Origin: Parvibaculum sp.
GTDB lineage: Bacteria > Pseudomonadota > Alphaproteobacteria > Parvibaculales > Parvibaculaceae
Reading direction: 5' to 3'
DNA: 64,000 nucleotides
Assembly: GCA_013823365.1 (NCBI GenBank)
Contig: PNMC01000002.1
Coordinates: 504 to 64,503 of the forward strand
In this document: in pieces, positions 1 to 9,638 of the stretch
Numbering within the stretch: the stretch's first letter is position 1
Layout: every line of letters starts with the position of its first letter
Position numbers and translations under genes: made by a program
Notes under the pieces: generated by a model
The model's database searches: none
What the model saw: the letters and a program-made list of their open reading frames with translations, nothing else
What the model was told of the DNA's origin: nothing

Positions 1-181
1 GGGTGAAGCCCGGCTCGACATAGGGGTCTTCGAGGTAATGCGCGAACTGGCCCTTGATCTCGACATATTGCTCATTGCCCTCCTTGCGGAGGCGCTTGTC
101 GCGCTCGGCGCGGTATTTCGCCTTGAGCGCCGCCGGGTCGAAGCCGAGCTCGTCCGTTTCCGTCTGGGCCTGTTCCGCCAT
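1..181 (-). CDS. Flavin-containing (Baeyer-Villiger-type) monooxygenase, 5' part only (runs off window)
   Basis: Manual translation from ATG at 181 (RBS GAGG/GAGGA upstream) gives MAEQAQTETDELGFDPAALKAKYRAERDKRLRKEGNEQYVEIKGQFAHYLEDPY. The 'KYxxERDKRLRxxGxxQY...DPY' N-terminus is typical of a BVMO subfamily. Not in the ORF track. Confidence 0.75.
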   Translation of the reverse strand, partial: MAEQAQTETDELGFDPAALKAKYRAERDKRLRKEGNEQYVEIKGQFAHYLEDPYVEPGFT

Positions 182-302
182 CTTCCTCACCTCTGATTTC
201 GGGCCGCGTTCTGGGCGCGGCTATATGCATGAATGCCGGTTGGGGCAGATGATAATGTCGATTTACTAACAGTCAAAGCAAAGCGGACCTTGCCCGGCCG
301 CA

Positions 303-337
303 GAAAAGCCTCGGGCCCCGCCTTGCGGCGGGGCCCG
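303..337 (-). terminator. Intrinsic terminator-like hairpin after TRAP substrate-binding gene
   Basis: 11-bp GC stem CGGGCCCCGCC/GGCGGGGCCCG with GCAA loop on the minus strand, followed by a short U-run. Confidence 0.6.
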
Positions 338-369
338 GTGCCCGTTTCCAATAGAAACCTTGCGGAAAA

Positions 370-1437
370 TCAGCCGTAGCGATAGGGCGCGCCGGCCTTG
401 CGCATGGTGTCCGCGTATTTCTTGAGAATCTCGACGACCTTGGCGTTGCGCGGGCTCTGCTTGGCCACTTCGTCCCAGAACTTGAGCGCCTCGTCTTCCA
501 CCGTCTTCCACTCTTCTTCCGGAATGGTGGTGAGCTCGAGCTTGCCGCCCGTGGTGCGGTAATGGGCCTCGCCCCACCAGTACCAATGCTGGCGATAATA
601 GTGCGAACTATCCATGCAGAGCTTGAAGAGGGTCTTCAGATGCTCAGGCAGCGCCTCCCACTTCGCCGTGTTGGCGATGTAGGAACCGGCCCATGCGCCG
701 GAGATGTTGTTCGTCAGATAGTATTTGTTGATATCGGCCCAGCCAACCGTGTAGGTCTCGGTCGCGCCGCACCAGGCAACGCCGTCGAGTTCATTGGTCT
801 GGATGGCGACTTCGATGTCTTCCCAGGGAAGCGTGACGGGGACGACGCCGAAACGCTCGAGGAACTTGCCACCTGTCGGGAAGGTGAAGACGCGCAGGCC
901 CTTCAGATCGTCAAGCTTGCGGATCGGCTTCGTGGTGACGAAGTTGCAGGGGTCCCATGCACCGGCGCTGAGCCAGGTGACACCCGGCACTTCGGCATAG
1001 GCTTCTTCCCAGATTTCACGCAGGCCATACCATTCCCAGAGGACCGGCACGTCGAGGCCATAGCGCGAAGCGAAGGGGAAATAGGCGCCGAAAACCGACA
1101 CGTCGATCGGTGCGGCCATGCTGTCGTCATCGCTTTGGGCGGCGTCGATCGTGCCGTTCTGCACGGCACGGAACAATTCGCCCTGCGGCACGAGCTGGTC
1201 GGCGGTGAAAAGTTCGATCACCATCTCGCCGTTCGCGGCCTTGTTGAACTCGTCGATGGACGGCTTGATGACATGCTCGGCGAGCGAGGCGCCGGCATAG
1301 GTCTGGAGGCGCCAGCGGATGGGCGACTGGGCGCGCACGATGTTCGGCGCGGCAAGCGTGGTCGCGCCGACGGCTGCGGCGCCAAGGCCCGCCTTCTTCA
1401 GAAAATCGCGTTTGTTGATAACCGGACGGTCACTCAT
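370..1437 (-). CDS. dctP: TRAP transporter substrate-binding protein (DctP/TakP-like), Tat-type leader
   Basis: Leader NKRDFLK...AAPNIVRAQ, then WRLQT and DLKGLRV motifs; lies downstream of dctQ and dctM. Confidence 0.93.
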   Translation of the reverse strand: MSDRPVINKRDFLKKAGLGAAAVGATTLAAPNIVRAQSPIRWRLQTYAGASLAEHVIKPSIDEFNKAANGEMVIELFTADQLVPQGELFRAVQNGTIDAAQSDDDSMAAPIDVSVFGAYFPFASRYGLDVPVLWEWYGLREIWEEAYAEVPGVTWLSAGAWDPCNFVTTKPIRKLDDLKGLRVFTFPTGGKFLERFGVVPVTLPWEDIEVAIQTNELDGVAWCGATETYTVGWADINKYYLTNNISGAWAGSYIANTAKWEALPEHLKTLFKLCMDSSHYYRQHWYWWGEAHYRTTGGKLELTTIPEEEWKTVEDEALKFWDEVAKQSPRNAKVVEILKKYADTMRKAGAPYRYG

Positions 1438-1551
1438 CAGGTGGCTCCTTCTTCTCTGGATTGGTTTCGGGTCGATCCAGCCCCAATGCCAGACCCGGCC
1501 CTCTCACGAAGAAAACAGGTACTGCCTCTCAGTCGATTGCCGCCGCACCTC

Positions 1552-2877
1552 CTATCGCCCGAAATAAAGGTTGGGCAACCAGAGGGTGAGCTGCGGGAAG
1601 GCCATCACAATGATGATGGTCACAATCATGATCCCCACGAACGGTACGATTGAGCGGTAGATGTCGACAAGCGTTATCTCGGGCGGCGCCATGGCCCGCA
1701 TCAGGAAGAGATTGTAGCCAAAGGGCGGCGTTATATAGGCAATCTGGCAGGTGATGACATAGAGGATGCCGAACCAGATCGGGTTGAAGCCGAGGCCGAT
1801 GACCAGCGGGATATAGAGCGGCGCGACAATGACCAGCATGGCCGTGTCGTCGAGAAACATGCCGAGAATGACGAAGGAAACCATCATCATGATGAGGATT
1901 TCCCAGGGGGTGAGGTCCCATGTCTCGAGCAGCAGGACGCGGATCGCATTCTTGGCGCCGAGCCCGTCATAGACCGCGCCGAAACAGAGCGCGGCGAGAA
2001 TGATGAACATGAACATGCAGGTGATGGCGAGCGTCTGGCGCATCGTATCGTCGATCACCTTGAAGGTGAGGCGCCGCTTTATCGCCGCTGCGATGATGGC
2101 GCCGGTCGCGCCGACCGCCGAGCTTTCGACGAGGCTCGTGATGCCCGTGAGGAAGAGCCCCATCATGGTGCCGAAAATGAGGAAGGGAATGATGCCTGCC
2201 CTCAGCAGACGGAATTTTTCCGCCCAGGTCACCTCCGCAAGCTCCTCTTCGGGAAGAGCGGGCCCGAGCGCCGGATTGCGGCGGCAGCGGATATAGATAT
2301 AGATCGCAAAGAAGGAGGCCATGATAAGGCCGGGGACGACGCCTGCGAGCCAGAGCTGCAGCACGGGCTGGCGCGCGATCATGGCGTAGAGCACCAGCAC
2401 CACGCTTGGCGGGATGAGAATGCCGAGCGAACTGCCGGCCTGAATGACGCCCGTCACCATCACCTTGTCATAGCCGCGGCGGAGAAGTTCAGGCAGCGCA
2501 ACGCTTGCGCCGATTGCCATGCCGGCGACCGAAAGGCCGTTCATGGCGGAAATGATGACCATGAGGCCGATGGTGCCGAGCGCGAGGCCACCGCGCACCC
2601 GCCCCATCCAGACATGGAACATGCGGTAGAGATCGTTCGCGATCCCCGACTCCGACATCATGTAGCCCATGAAGATGAAGAGCGGCAGGGTCAGCAGCGG
2701 ATACCAGTTCAGGACCTGAAAGGTCGCATTGAAAGGCATCTCGATGTTGCGGTCGCCCCAGAGCAAAAGCGCCGCGACCGCCGCGACGAAACCGATGGCG
2801 CCGAAGACGCGCTGGCCGGTGAGAAGCATCACCATCAGGGACGAGAACATGAGCAGCGTGATGAGTTCGTAGCTCAT
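1552..2877 (-). CDS. dctM: TRAP transporter large permease
   Basis: 441 aa, highly hydrophobic, LGILIPPS and ITPPFG motifs; ATGA overlap with dctQ. Confidence 0.95.
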   Translation of the reverse strand: MSYELITLLMFSSLMVMLLTGQRVFGAIGFVAAVAALLLWGDRNIEMPFNATFQVLNWYPLLTLPLFIFMGYMMSESGIANDLYRMFHVWMGRVRGGLALGTIGLMVIISAMNGLSVAGMAIGASVALPELLRRGYDKVMVTGVIQAGSSLGILIPPSVVLVLYAMIARQPVLQLWLAGVVPGLIMASFFAIYIYIRCRRNPALGPALPEEELAEVTWAEKFRLLRAGIIPFLIFGTMMGLFLTGITSLVESSAVGATGAIIAAAIKRRLTFKVIDDTMRQTLAITCMFMFIILAALCFGAVYDGLGAKNAIRVLLLETWDLTPWEILIMMMVSFVILGMFLDDTAMLVIVAPLYIPLVIGLGFNPIWFGILYVITCQIAYITPPFGYNLFLMRAMAPPEITLVDIYRSIVPFVGIMIVTIIIVMAFPQLTLWLPNLYFGR

Positions 2878-3386
2878 GCGATTTCCTCACCCCGGAACCG
2901 GGCGAGGTCCTTGAAGAAGATGGCAACGGCCTGCAACAGCATCAGGAAGATGCCGAAGGTCATGATGGATTTGATCGGCCAGAGGAGCGGCGCCCAGGAG
3001 GTGTAGTTCACCTGCTTGTAGGTGATCGCATATTCGGTGCTGGAAATGCCGCCGATGAGAAGCGTCGAGAGATAGAAGATGAGGCAGAAGGCGGTCAGCG
3101 TGTCCGTGAACGCCATCTTGCGCGGGCTCAGGCGGCCATAAAGCAGATCCATCCGCACATGCGCATTGATCTGCAGCGAGTAGCCGCCGCCGAGGAGGTA
3201 ATAGGCGGCGAGAAGAAACTGGCCCATTTCCATGGCCCAGTTGACCGGCATGCCGATGACCGTGCGCGAGAAGGATGCGTAGAGCATCACGCCGATCATC
3301 ACGAAAATCAGATACATGACGATCCGGCCGACGACCCTGTTCACCGACTCGACATACCGGACATAGACTCGCGCAGCTTTCGGCAA
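2874..3386 (-). CDS. dctQ: TRAP transporter small permease
   Basis: 170 aa, about 4 TM helices, HVRMDLLY motif; TTG start with GAGGG RBS. Confidence 0.92.
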   Translation of the reverse strand: MPKAARVYVRYVESVNRVVGRIVMYLIFVMIGVMLYASFSRTVIGMPVNWAMEMGQFLLAAYYLLGGGYSLQINAHVRMDLLYGRLSPRKMAFTDTLTAFCLIFYLSTLLIGGISSTEYAITYKQVNYTSWAPLLWPIKSIMTFGIFLMLLQAVAIFFKDLARFRGEEIA

Positions 3387-3629
3387 TTTCCCTCAATCCA
3401 CCGGGGTGAAACCGTCCCGGGGTGTCGGACCGGACTGCCGCATTCCGGCGAGCTCAACCCCCCAAGCAAAACCGGGGTAAAGGCTGCACGGATTAATGTG
3501 CCAAGGCAACCGGGAAGCGGCGGAAATCGGAGAGAAAGCGGCAGGAATCCGCTGCCGGAGAGGCCCGGCCCGTGGGGCGCCGAAGAGAAAGGCAATCTGC
3601 CCCAGCGGGGGCAGCCATACGCCTTCGTC

Positions 3630-4070
3630 TCAGGCTTCGCGAGAGCGGGAAAGCATGGCAAAGGCATAGCCGCCAAGCGCGCCCGCCAGCATCTGCGCGG
3701 CAAATCCGGCCCATGACCGGGCGCCGGCTATCGGCGTTATATTGTAGACCATCGCCATGGCGGTCAGCGCGACGGCAATGGCAATGGCGCCGGCAACCAC
3801 GTAGATCAGCTCCCGCTGGACACCGGCAAGACGATAGACCAGTGCGCCTGCCAGAAAAGCGACGAGAAAGCCCAGAGCAATGACCATGCCGAACATCGGC
3901 GCCATGCCGCCGATATCGTGCAATGTGGTGGAGAGGCGGTCGGCGCCCGATACGTTCACGCCGAGGCCTGTCAGGCGGCCGATGACGAATTGCGTGTGAA
4001 AGACGGCACCGAGAATCGTCGTCACCGCCACCGCCGCGACAAAGGCCAGCACCACCCGCAAAATGCGCAT
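3630..4070 (-). CDS. Small 4-TM hypothetical membrane protein
   Basis: Four hydrophobic segments; start re-called at MRILRVV; divergent from the PQQ dehydrogenase gene. Confidence 0.7.
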   Translation of the reverse strand: MRILRVVLAFVAAVAVTTILGAVFHTQFVIGRLTGLGVNVSGADRLSTTLHDIGGMAPMFGMVIALGFLVAFLAGALVYRLAGVQRELIYVVAGAIAIAVALTAMAMVYNITPIAGARSWAGFAAQMLAGALGGYAFAMLSRSREA

Positions 4071-4152
4071 TTCCGTTCCCCGCAATTTCATTCATTCGTG
4101 TTCTCACTATATGATTGCACAAAATGTCACGGGACGGGATGGGAAACAGCCA

Positions 4153-5286
4153 ATGACGAAGAAGGCAAGGCAGATCGGCGCAGTGGCGGCAGCTTTCGCG
4201 ATTTCACTCTTCGCGCCGGCGGACCGTGCGGCGGCGCAGGAGGCTGCGGGCCCGGCCTATGAGATCGTTCCGGTCGCGGAGGGGCTCGACCATCCCTGGA
4301 GCCTGACCTTCATGCCGGACGGGTCGACGCTGATCGTGGAGCTTTCCGGGCAGATCCGCGTGCTGCGGGACGGGGTGCTGGCCGCAGAGCCGGTTACAGG
4401 CGTGCCCGAGGTTTATTTCGAAAGCCAGGGCGGGCTTTTCGATGTGGTGCTCGATCCGAAGTTCGAGGAGAACAGCCTCGTCTACATCTCCTATGCGCAT
4501 GGCTCTCGCAGAAGCAACGGAACGCGCGTGGCGCGAGCGCGCTTCGACGGCGAAACGCTGACCGACCTTGCCGTCATCTTCGACGCGGTGCCGGCCAAGG
4601 ATACACCGGTCCATTATGGCGGGCGGATTGTTTTCCTGCCGGACGAGACAATGCTGCTCACCATCGGCGACGGCTTCGACTATCGCGAGGATGCGCAGAA
4701 ACTCGACAACCATCTCGGCAAGATCGTGCGTATCGGCCGCGACGGGCGGGCGCTTTCCGACAATCCGTTCGTCGGGCGCGAAGGTGCGCTGCCGGAGATA
4801 TGGACCTATGGCCACCGCAACCAACAGGGGCTCATCTACGACGCGGCAAGCGGCCGCGTCTATGCGCATGAGCATGGCGCGCAGGGCGGCGACGAGATCA
4901 ATATTATCGAGCCCGGCAAGAATTACGGCTGGCCGGTCATCACGCGAGGCATCGATTATTCCGGCGCGCGGATTTCTCCCTTCACCGAGTATGAGGGCAT
5001 GGAACAGCCCATTGTGGACTGGACGCCCTCGATCGCACCCGCCGGCATGACGATCTATCGCGGAGCCCAGTTCCCCGAGTGGCAGGGAGATATTTTTGCC
5101 GGCGCGCTGGCCGGGAAGCATGTGCGCCGCGTGATGATGGAGAATGGCGAGCCGGCGGGCGAAGAAGTTCTTTTTGCCGAACTCGGCGAACGTATCCGCG
5201 ATGTGAGAGCCGGCCCTGACGGATATCTGTACGTGGTGACCGATGGCGAAGACGGCCGCGTGCTGCGCGTCATTCCGGCGCGCTGA
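4153..5286 (+). CDS. PQQ-dependent sugar dehydrogenase (glucose/sorbosone dehydrogenase family)
   Basis: Signal peptide, then GLDHPWSL, QGGLFDV, HYGGR, YGHRNQQG, EHGAQGGDEIN, NYGWP, RIRDV and GPDG motifs. Confidence 0.92.
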   Translation: MTKKARQIGAVAAAFAISLFAPADRAAAQEAAGPAYEIVPVAEGLDHPWSLTFMPDGSTLIVELSGQIRVLRDGVLAAEPVTGVPEVYFESQGGLFDVVLDPKFEENSLVYISYAHGSRRSNGTRVARARFDGETLTDLAVIFDAVPAKDTPVHYGGRIVFLPDETMLLTIGDGFDYREDAQKLDNHLGKIVRIGRDGRALSDNPFVGREGALPEIWTYGHRNQQGLIYDAASGRVYAHEHGAQGGDEINIIEPGKNYGWPVITRGIDYSGARISPFTEYEGMEQPIVDWTPSIAPAGMTIYRGAQFPEWQGDIFAGALAGKHVRRVMMENGEPAGEEVLFAELGERIRDVRAGPDGYLYVVTDGEDGRVLRVIPAR

Positions 5287-5292
5287 GCGAAG

Positions 5293-6669
5293 TCAGGTTC
5301 CGAAGCGCCGAAGCGCGTTCATCGTCAGATAGCGATCATAGGCCGATTGGTCGTTCACCATCATGGTATGGCCGCCGGTGACGCGCTTCACCTGTTCGAG
5401 CCGCGTGATCCGGTTGGTCTGGATATTGTGGGCATGGACATGGGTCCATGACCAATAAGGATGCTCGCCATCCATCACGACGTCCTTTCCGCTCTTATAT
5501 TGCGAGAAGGCTCCATCGAAGGAGCGGAAGACCTTGCCGCTGCGGTCGAAGGAGACCATGGCAAAAGGCAAGAGCGTGCGAGCGTCGAACCAGACCCACT
5601 TCTTGCCGACCGGCGCGCGGGGAAACCGCACGGGCTCCGCCTCCACCACCAGCGCCTCCGGCACGAGCTGGACCTTCGTATCCCAGAAGGTGACGCCATT
5701 CGGCCCGCCATGCGTGCGGTGCTGCCAGTTCGGGTGGGTCGACTCCCAGCCGCCGGAGAGCGCTGCGAGCGCCGGGCCCTGATGAACGAGTTTGTAGTTG
5801 CCCCAGGTGTGAAGAGGATCGCCCGCCGCCCAGGCATCGGAGAGATACATGGTGGAGCCCGCAATCAGCGGCTCGAAGCGTTGATTGGTCGGGAAGCGGC
5901 GAATGCGCTTGAAAGCGGGCAGATAGCCATAAAGCTCGGGAAACTCATTCTGATCGTAGGGCCAGATATTGAGGAACGAGGTGCCTTTCTCTGAATTTGG
6001 AAATGTAAAGGCGACGGACTGGAAGCGGAGCTTGTCCCTGAACTCCGGCCAATAGGGCTTCGGGTCCACGGCAACGCGGCCGACGGGCGCAAGTTCGGCC
6101 CAGACGGATTCATAATTGTAGTCGACTGTGCCCTCGGGGGAGAGATCCTCCTCGCGCGTCGCATAGACCGAGATGTCGTGGCGGCCCCAGCTCAGCGTCA
6201 GACCCGCAAAGATTTCGAGGGCGGTTTTCGGATCGGGAAAAGGATTGCCGCCAATCCATGGCTCGCCATCCGCCGTAACGACATTGCCGCTTTTGTCGAA
6301 GCGTGCCTTGCCCTTGTTGCGGAAGGTCGCCTCCAGATATTCCCAGGGGCTCAGCGCCATGATGTCGGTGGTCGGTGCGACCACCTCCAACACGCGGCCC
6401 ATTTCCTTGATCTGCCGATAGCGGATCGGATCAAGCAGATCCTTCACGAGGTCCACATTGCCTGCCGTAATGCGCCCGCCGCTGGAGATGGCGCCCTTCG
6501 TGTAGGCCTCTATCGACAGAAGTTCGTCGGGATAAGCGCGCGAGGCATCGCCATACGCAGCGACCGTCTTCCACAAGGGTGCGGTGACGCCGAGCGCAAT
6601 GACGCCACTCGCAAGACGCTGCAGGAACGTACGGCGCGAATAATCATGGGTGAAACGACGGATATGCAC
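5293..6669 (-). CDS. DUF1329-family periplasmic protein (paralogue 2), Tat signal
   Basis: GTG start at 6669 with GGAG RBS; SRRTFLQ Tat motif; GGNPFPDP and YLPAFKRIRR motifs; very similar to 9639..11024. Confidence 0.85.
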   Translation of the reverse strand: MHIRRFTHDYSRRTFLQRLASGVIALGVTAPLWKTVAAYGDASRAYPDELLSIEAYTKGAISSGGRITAGNVDLVKDLLDPIRYRQIKEMGRVLEVVAPTTDIMALSPWEYLEATFRNKGKARFDKSGNVVTADGEPWIGGNPFPDPKTALEIFAGLTLSWGRHDISVYATREEDLSPEGTVDYNYESVWAELAPVGRVAVDPKPYWPEFRDKLRFQSVAFTFPNSEKGTSFLNIWPYDQNEFPELYGYLPAFKRIRRFPTNQRFEPLIAGSTMYLSDAWAAGDPLHTWGNYKLVHQGPALAALSGGWESTHPNWQHRTHGGPNGVTFWDTKVQLVPEALVVEAEPVRFPRAPVGKKWVWFDARTLLPFAMVSFDRSGKVFRSFDGAFSQYKSGKDVVMDGEHPYWSWTHVHAHNIQTNRITRLEQVKRVTGGHTMMVNDQSAYDRYLTMNALRRFGT

Positions 6670-6815
6670 TTTCGTCTCCGCCCTTTTTGGGGAACGCCAT
6701 CCGCGGATGCGTCCCCGCCCGGAGCGCCGGTGCCAGCCTTGGGGATACACAGCGCCGAACCGAAAGCAGGCTGTGCAACGGGCACCGGGTCTCCGGACGG
6801 AGACGACGTCCGGGA

Positions 6816-8579
6816 TCAGAACTGGTAGGTGATGCGGAATGCCAGTTCGTCCGCCCATCTGATCGTGTCGATGATGTCGTCATTACCGCCATCGGATAGC
6901 GTGATGTTGGCAAAGACTTCCGCCGTCCAGGCTTCGTTCGGCTTCCAGCGGAGACCCGGCTGGATCAGCGCGCCACCCTTCAGATCGTAGAGAACGGCCA
7001 TGTCCGCCCGCCAGATCAGGTTGGGGAATGGCTGCTGCGCAGCGAAGGCCACAGCGTTGAAGGAACTCTCGCCTGTGGGCAGACCGCTATCGCGCTCGCC
7101 GGTGGCCCCCATGCCGCTCAGGTGCCGGCCAAACATGTCGCTTTCCGACTTGTGCAGATATTGCAGCACCATGAAAGTGGCGGGGAAGTCCTGCGAGAAG
7201 CGGTGATACTTCTCGAGAACCAGAGACGCCACATATTCGTCTTCGACAATATGCGAGCGGCTCAGATCGGGACTTGTGAAATGCTTGTCGGGCGTCCAGG
7301 TGAACTCGCTGCGGATCACAAGCTGGTCGAAGAAGGAGCCTGGATCGGCATTCACCACGTAGTTGGCGCCGAGGCCGAGAATATTTTCACGCGGATAAAC
7401 GCGCGCGATATGACCGCGAAGCGGCCCAAGCAACTGGAAAAAATAATCCAGCTCCGCCGCGGCGAGTTCCTGGGTCGGCACTTCGATCGCCCCCAGACCG
7501 CCGGTCGCCGGCTGGAACTCACGGATCGCCGTATTGAAGCCTGTGAAGCCGTTCAGACGCGCCATGCCGGCATAGGTGAACCATTCCTGCGCAGAATAGA
7601 CGCCAGTGTTGCTCATGGAGAACGGCGTGCCGGCGAGCGCGCCCGGCCCCGTCGCTTCGGTCCACTGGAAGACGCCATCCGGGTTGCGCCGGTTCACTGC
7701 GATGGCCTGAACGGCGACGCCGCCCAACTGCGCCTGCACCCTGCCGCCAATATTCATGGCCCATTTGGCATCATCGAATCCCTGACGCTGATGGATCGTG
7801 AACTGCGAGGGAATAACGTTGTAAGGCGTGTCCGGGTTCGCGAGGATCGACGGATTGAACAGCTGTGTGAAAGCTTCGACTTCGATGTCGTTCGTCACGC
7901 GATATGAGCCGCGGACGCCAGGCGCGGAAACACGCGTATCGGCGAATTCCTCCGCCACGACATCGAGAATGAAATGGCGACGGAGATCGAGGCCATTCAG
8001 CACGTCGAGCACGCGGAAGAAGAGCGACTCGCCCCAGGCGATCTGCTGGTTGCCGAAGCGCAGCCAGAGCGGGCCCTCCGAGTAGTCGAGATAGAGGGCC
8101 GGAAGATCGACCATATGGTTGCGGCCGTTGGTTTCGAGGAAGCTTCCCCGGCCGCCGCTCCACAGATCCGTCTCGAAGAACTCAGGGTCTCCATAGCCAT
8201 CGAAGATGTCAGGCTGATAATAGCCGCGCAGCCGCGCGAAACCGTTCCAGTTCGCATTGAAGTTCGCCTGAAAGTCGACTTCAAGGCGCGTCGCCATGAG
8301 GTTGAAGGTATTGTCCGCCCGGTCGATCGTACGCGTCGTCGATGTGACTGCGGTCGGAGGGACCAATACGCCCAGGGCCGTGGAGTCTTGTGTGACCGTC
8401 ACGCCATTGAAGATGTTGCCCTGCTGGTTATACGGGTTCTCCTTGTTGGTAAGCTTGATGGCCGGCTCCTGCCGGATGAAGCCCTGTACGTTCCAGTCCA
8501 CTGCCTGTGCGCCGGTCGCAAACATGACCGCGAATGCGGCCCCCGCCAGCACACTCTTCTCAAATCCGATCCGAGGCAT
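6816..8579 (-). CDS. DUF1302-family outer-membrane beta-barrel protein
   Basis: Signal peptide, LRFGNQQIAWGE motif and C-terminal ITYQF (BAM signature); flanked by DUF1329 genes. Confidence 0.8.
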   Translation of the reverse strand: MPRIGFEKSVLAGAAFAVMFATGAQAVDWNVQGFIRQEPAIKLTNKENPYNQQGNIFNGVTVTQDSTALGVLVPPTAVTSTTRTIDRADNTFNLMATRLEVDFQANFNANWNGFARLRGYYQPDIFDGYGDPEFFETDLWSGGRGSFLETNGRNHMVDLPALYLDYSEGPLWLRFGNQQIAWGESLFFRVLDVLNGLDLRRHFILDVVAEEFADTRVSAPGVRGSYRVTNDIEVEAFTQLFNPSILANPDTPYNVIPSQFTIHQRQGFDDAKWAMNIGGRVQAQLGGVAVQAIAVNRRNPDGVFQWTEATGPGALAGTPFSMSNTGVYSAQEWFTYAGMARLNGFTGFNTAIREFQPATGGLGAIEVPTQELAAAELDYFFQLLGPLRGHIARVYPRENILGLGANYVVNADPGSFFDQLVIRSEFTWTPDKHFTSPDLSRSHIVEDEYVASLVLEKYHRFSQDFPATFMVLQYLHKSESDMFGRHLSGMGATGERDSGLPTGESSFNAVAFAAQQPFPNLIWRADMAVLYDLKGGALIQPGLRWKPNEAWTAEVFANITLSDGGNDDIIDTIRWADELAFRITYQF

Positions 8580-8638
8580 CTTCTCCCCTCCCTTGGATGG
8601 CCCTTGACGGGCCGAATGAAGCACCGAGCCGTTGCGGC

Positions 8639-9589
8639 TCACTCGTCCATTTCCAGAATTCTTCCCCTGTGGCCGACAAGCACGGGCTTGCCGCGCGCCG
8701 TGGACGCGGCCACCGCCTGGTACCAGCCCGTGTCGAGATCGCTACGCCTGACGGGTTTCCAGCTCCGGCCGCCGTCATGGCTTGAATAGGCGCCACGGAT
8801 GCCCGCCGAAAAGACGCGTTGACCGGACATCCACACACCGAGCAAATTCGTCTGTGACGATGTTTCGAGGCGGCGCCATGTGCGCCCGCCATCGCGCGTC
8901 GAGAGAACGAGGCCGTTCTGGCCGACGGCGACACCATCGCCAGCGCCATTAAAGGCCATGTCGAAGATCGACTCCTCGCCCCGGTGCATGACCGACCAGC
9001 TGGCGCCGCGATCCTCCGAGCGCAGGACCAGGCCGAACTCACCGGCGATGAGAATCCTGCTTCCCGAGATATGAACGGCGTAGAGATGCGGCTCGAGAAA
9101 ATCGTCCAGCAGCGTCATCCAGTCGATCGACGGCGAGGCCCATGTGGCGCCGTTATTCTGCGAAACGAGAATGGTGCCGAAACCGCCGACAACAACGACG
9201 AGGCCGTTTTCACCAAGCCCGACCCGGAGGAGACGCTCCTCCGTACCGCTTTGAAGCGGCTCCCAGAGACGGCCATCGAAACGGAAAATGCGGCCGGACT
9301 GGCCGACCGCGAAGCGGCGGTTTCCCTCAACCGCAACGCCGAGAAGCGAAAGCGAGGTGTCGGGCCGTTCATCTTGCTGCCAGGTCAATCCGCTGTCTGC
9401 GCTTGTGAGCACCGTGCCGCCACCGCCGACCGCGATGCCGAAGGAGCCGTCGAAAGCAATATCGAACAGGGCATCATGAGCGGTTCCCTTGTGGCGCAGG
9501 GCGGCGTCGCCCGCGGCTGCGACGGCAAAAGTCGCAGGCAGAACGAGAAGCAGCAGCACGGCAGCAAAATGTTTCTTCACCTTAAGCAC
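8639..9589 (-). CDS. YCF48/BNR (Asp-box) repeat beta-propeller protein
   Basis: Repeated AVGxxG and SxDGGxTW Asp-box motifs; signal peptide; usual partner of RND/DUF1329/DUF1302 clusters. Confidence 0.88.
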   Translation of the reverse strand: MLKVKKHFAAVLLLLVLPATFAVAAAGDAALRHKGTAHDALFDIAFDGSFGIAVGGGGTVLTSADSGLTWQQDERPDTSLSLLGVAVEGNRRFAVGQSGRIFRFDGRLWEPLQSGTEERLLRVGLGENGLVVVVGGFGTILVSQNNGATWASPSIDWMTLLDDFLEPHLYAVHISGSRILIAGEFGLVLRSEDRGASWSVMHRGEESIFDMAFNGAGDGVAVGQNGLVLSTRDGGRTWRRLETSSQTNLLGVWMSGQRVFSAGIRGAYSSHDGGRSWKPVRRSDLDTGWYQAVAASTARGKPVLVGHRGRILEMDE

Positions 9590-9638
9590 CCCATGAGTGA
9601 GAGGGGCGCAGCGACAGGCCGCGCCCCTGCCCGTTCCG

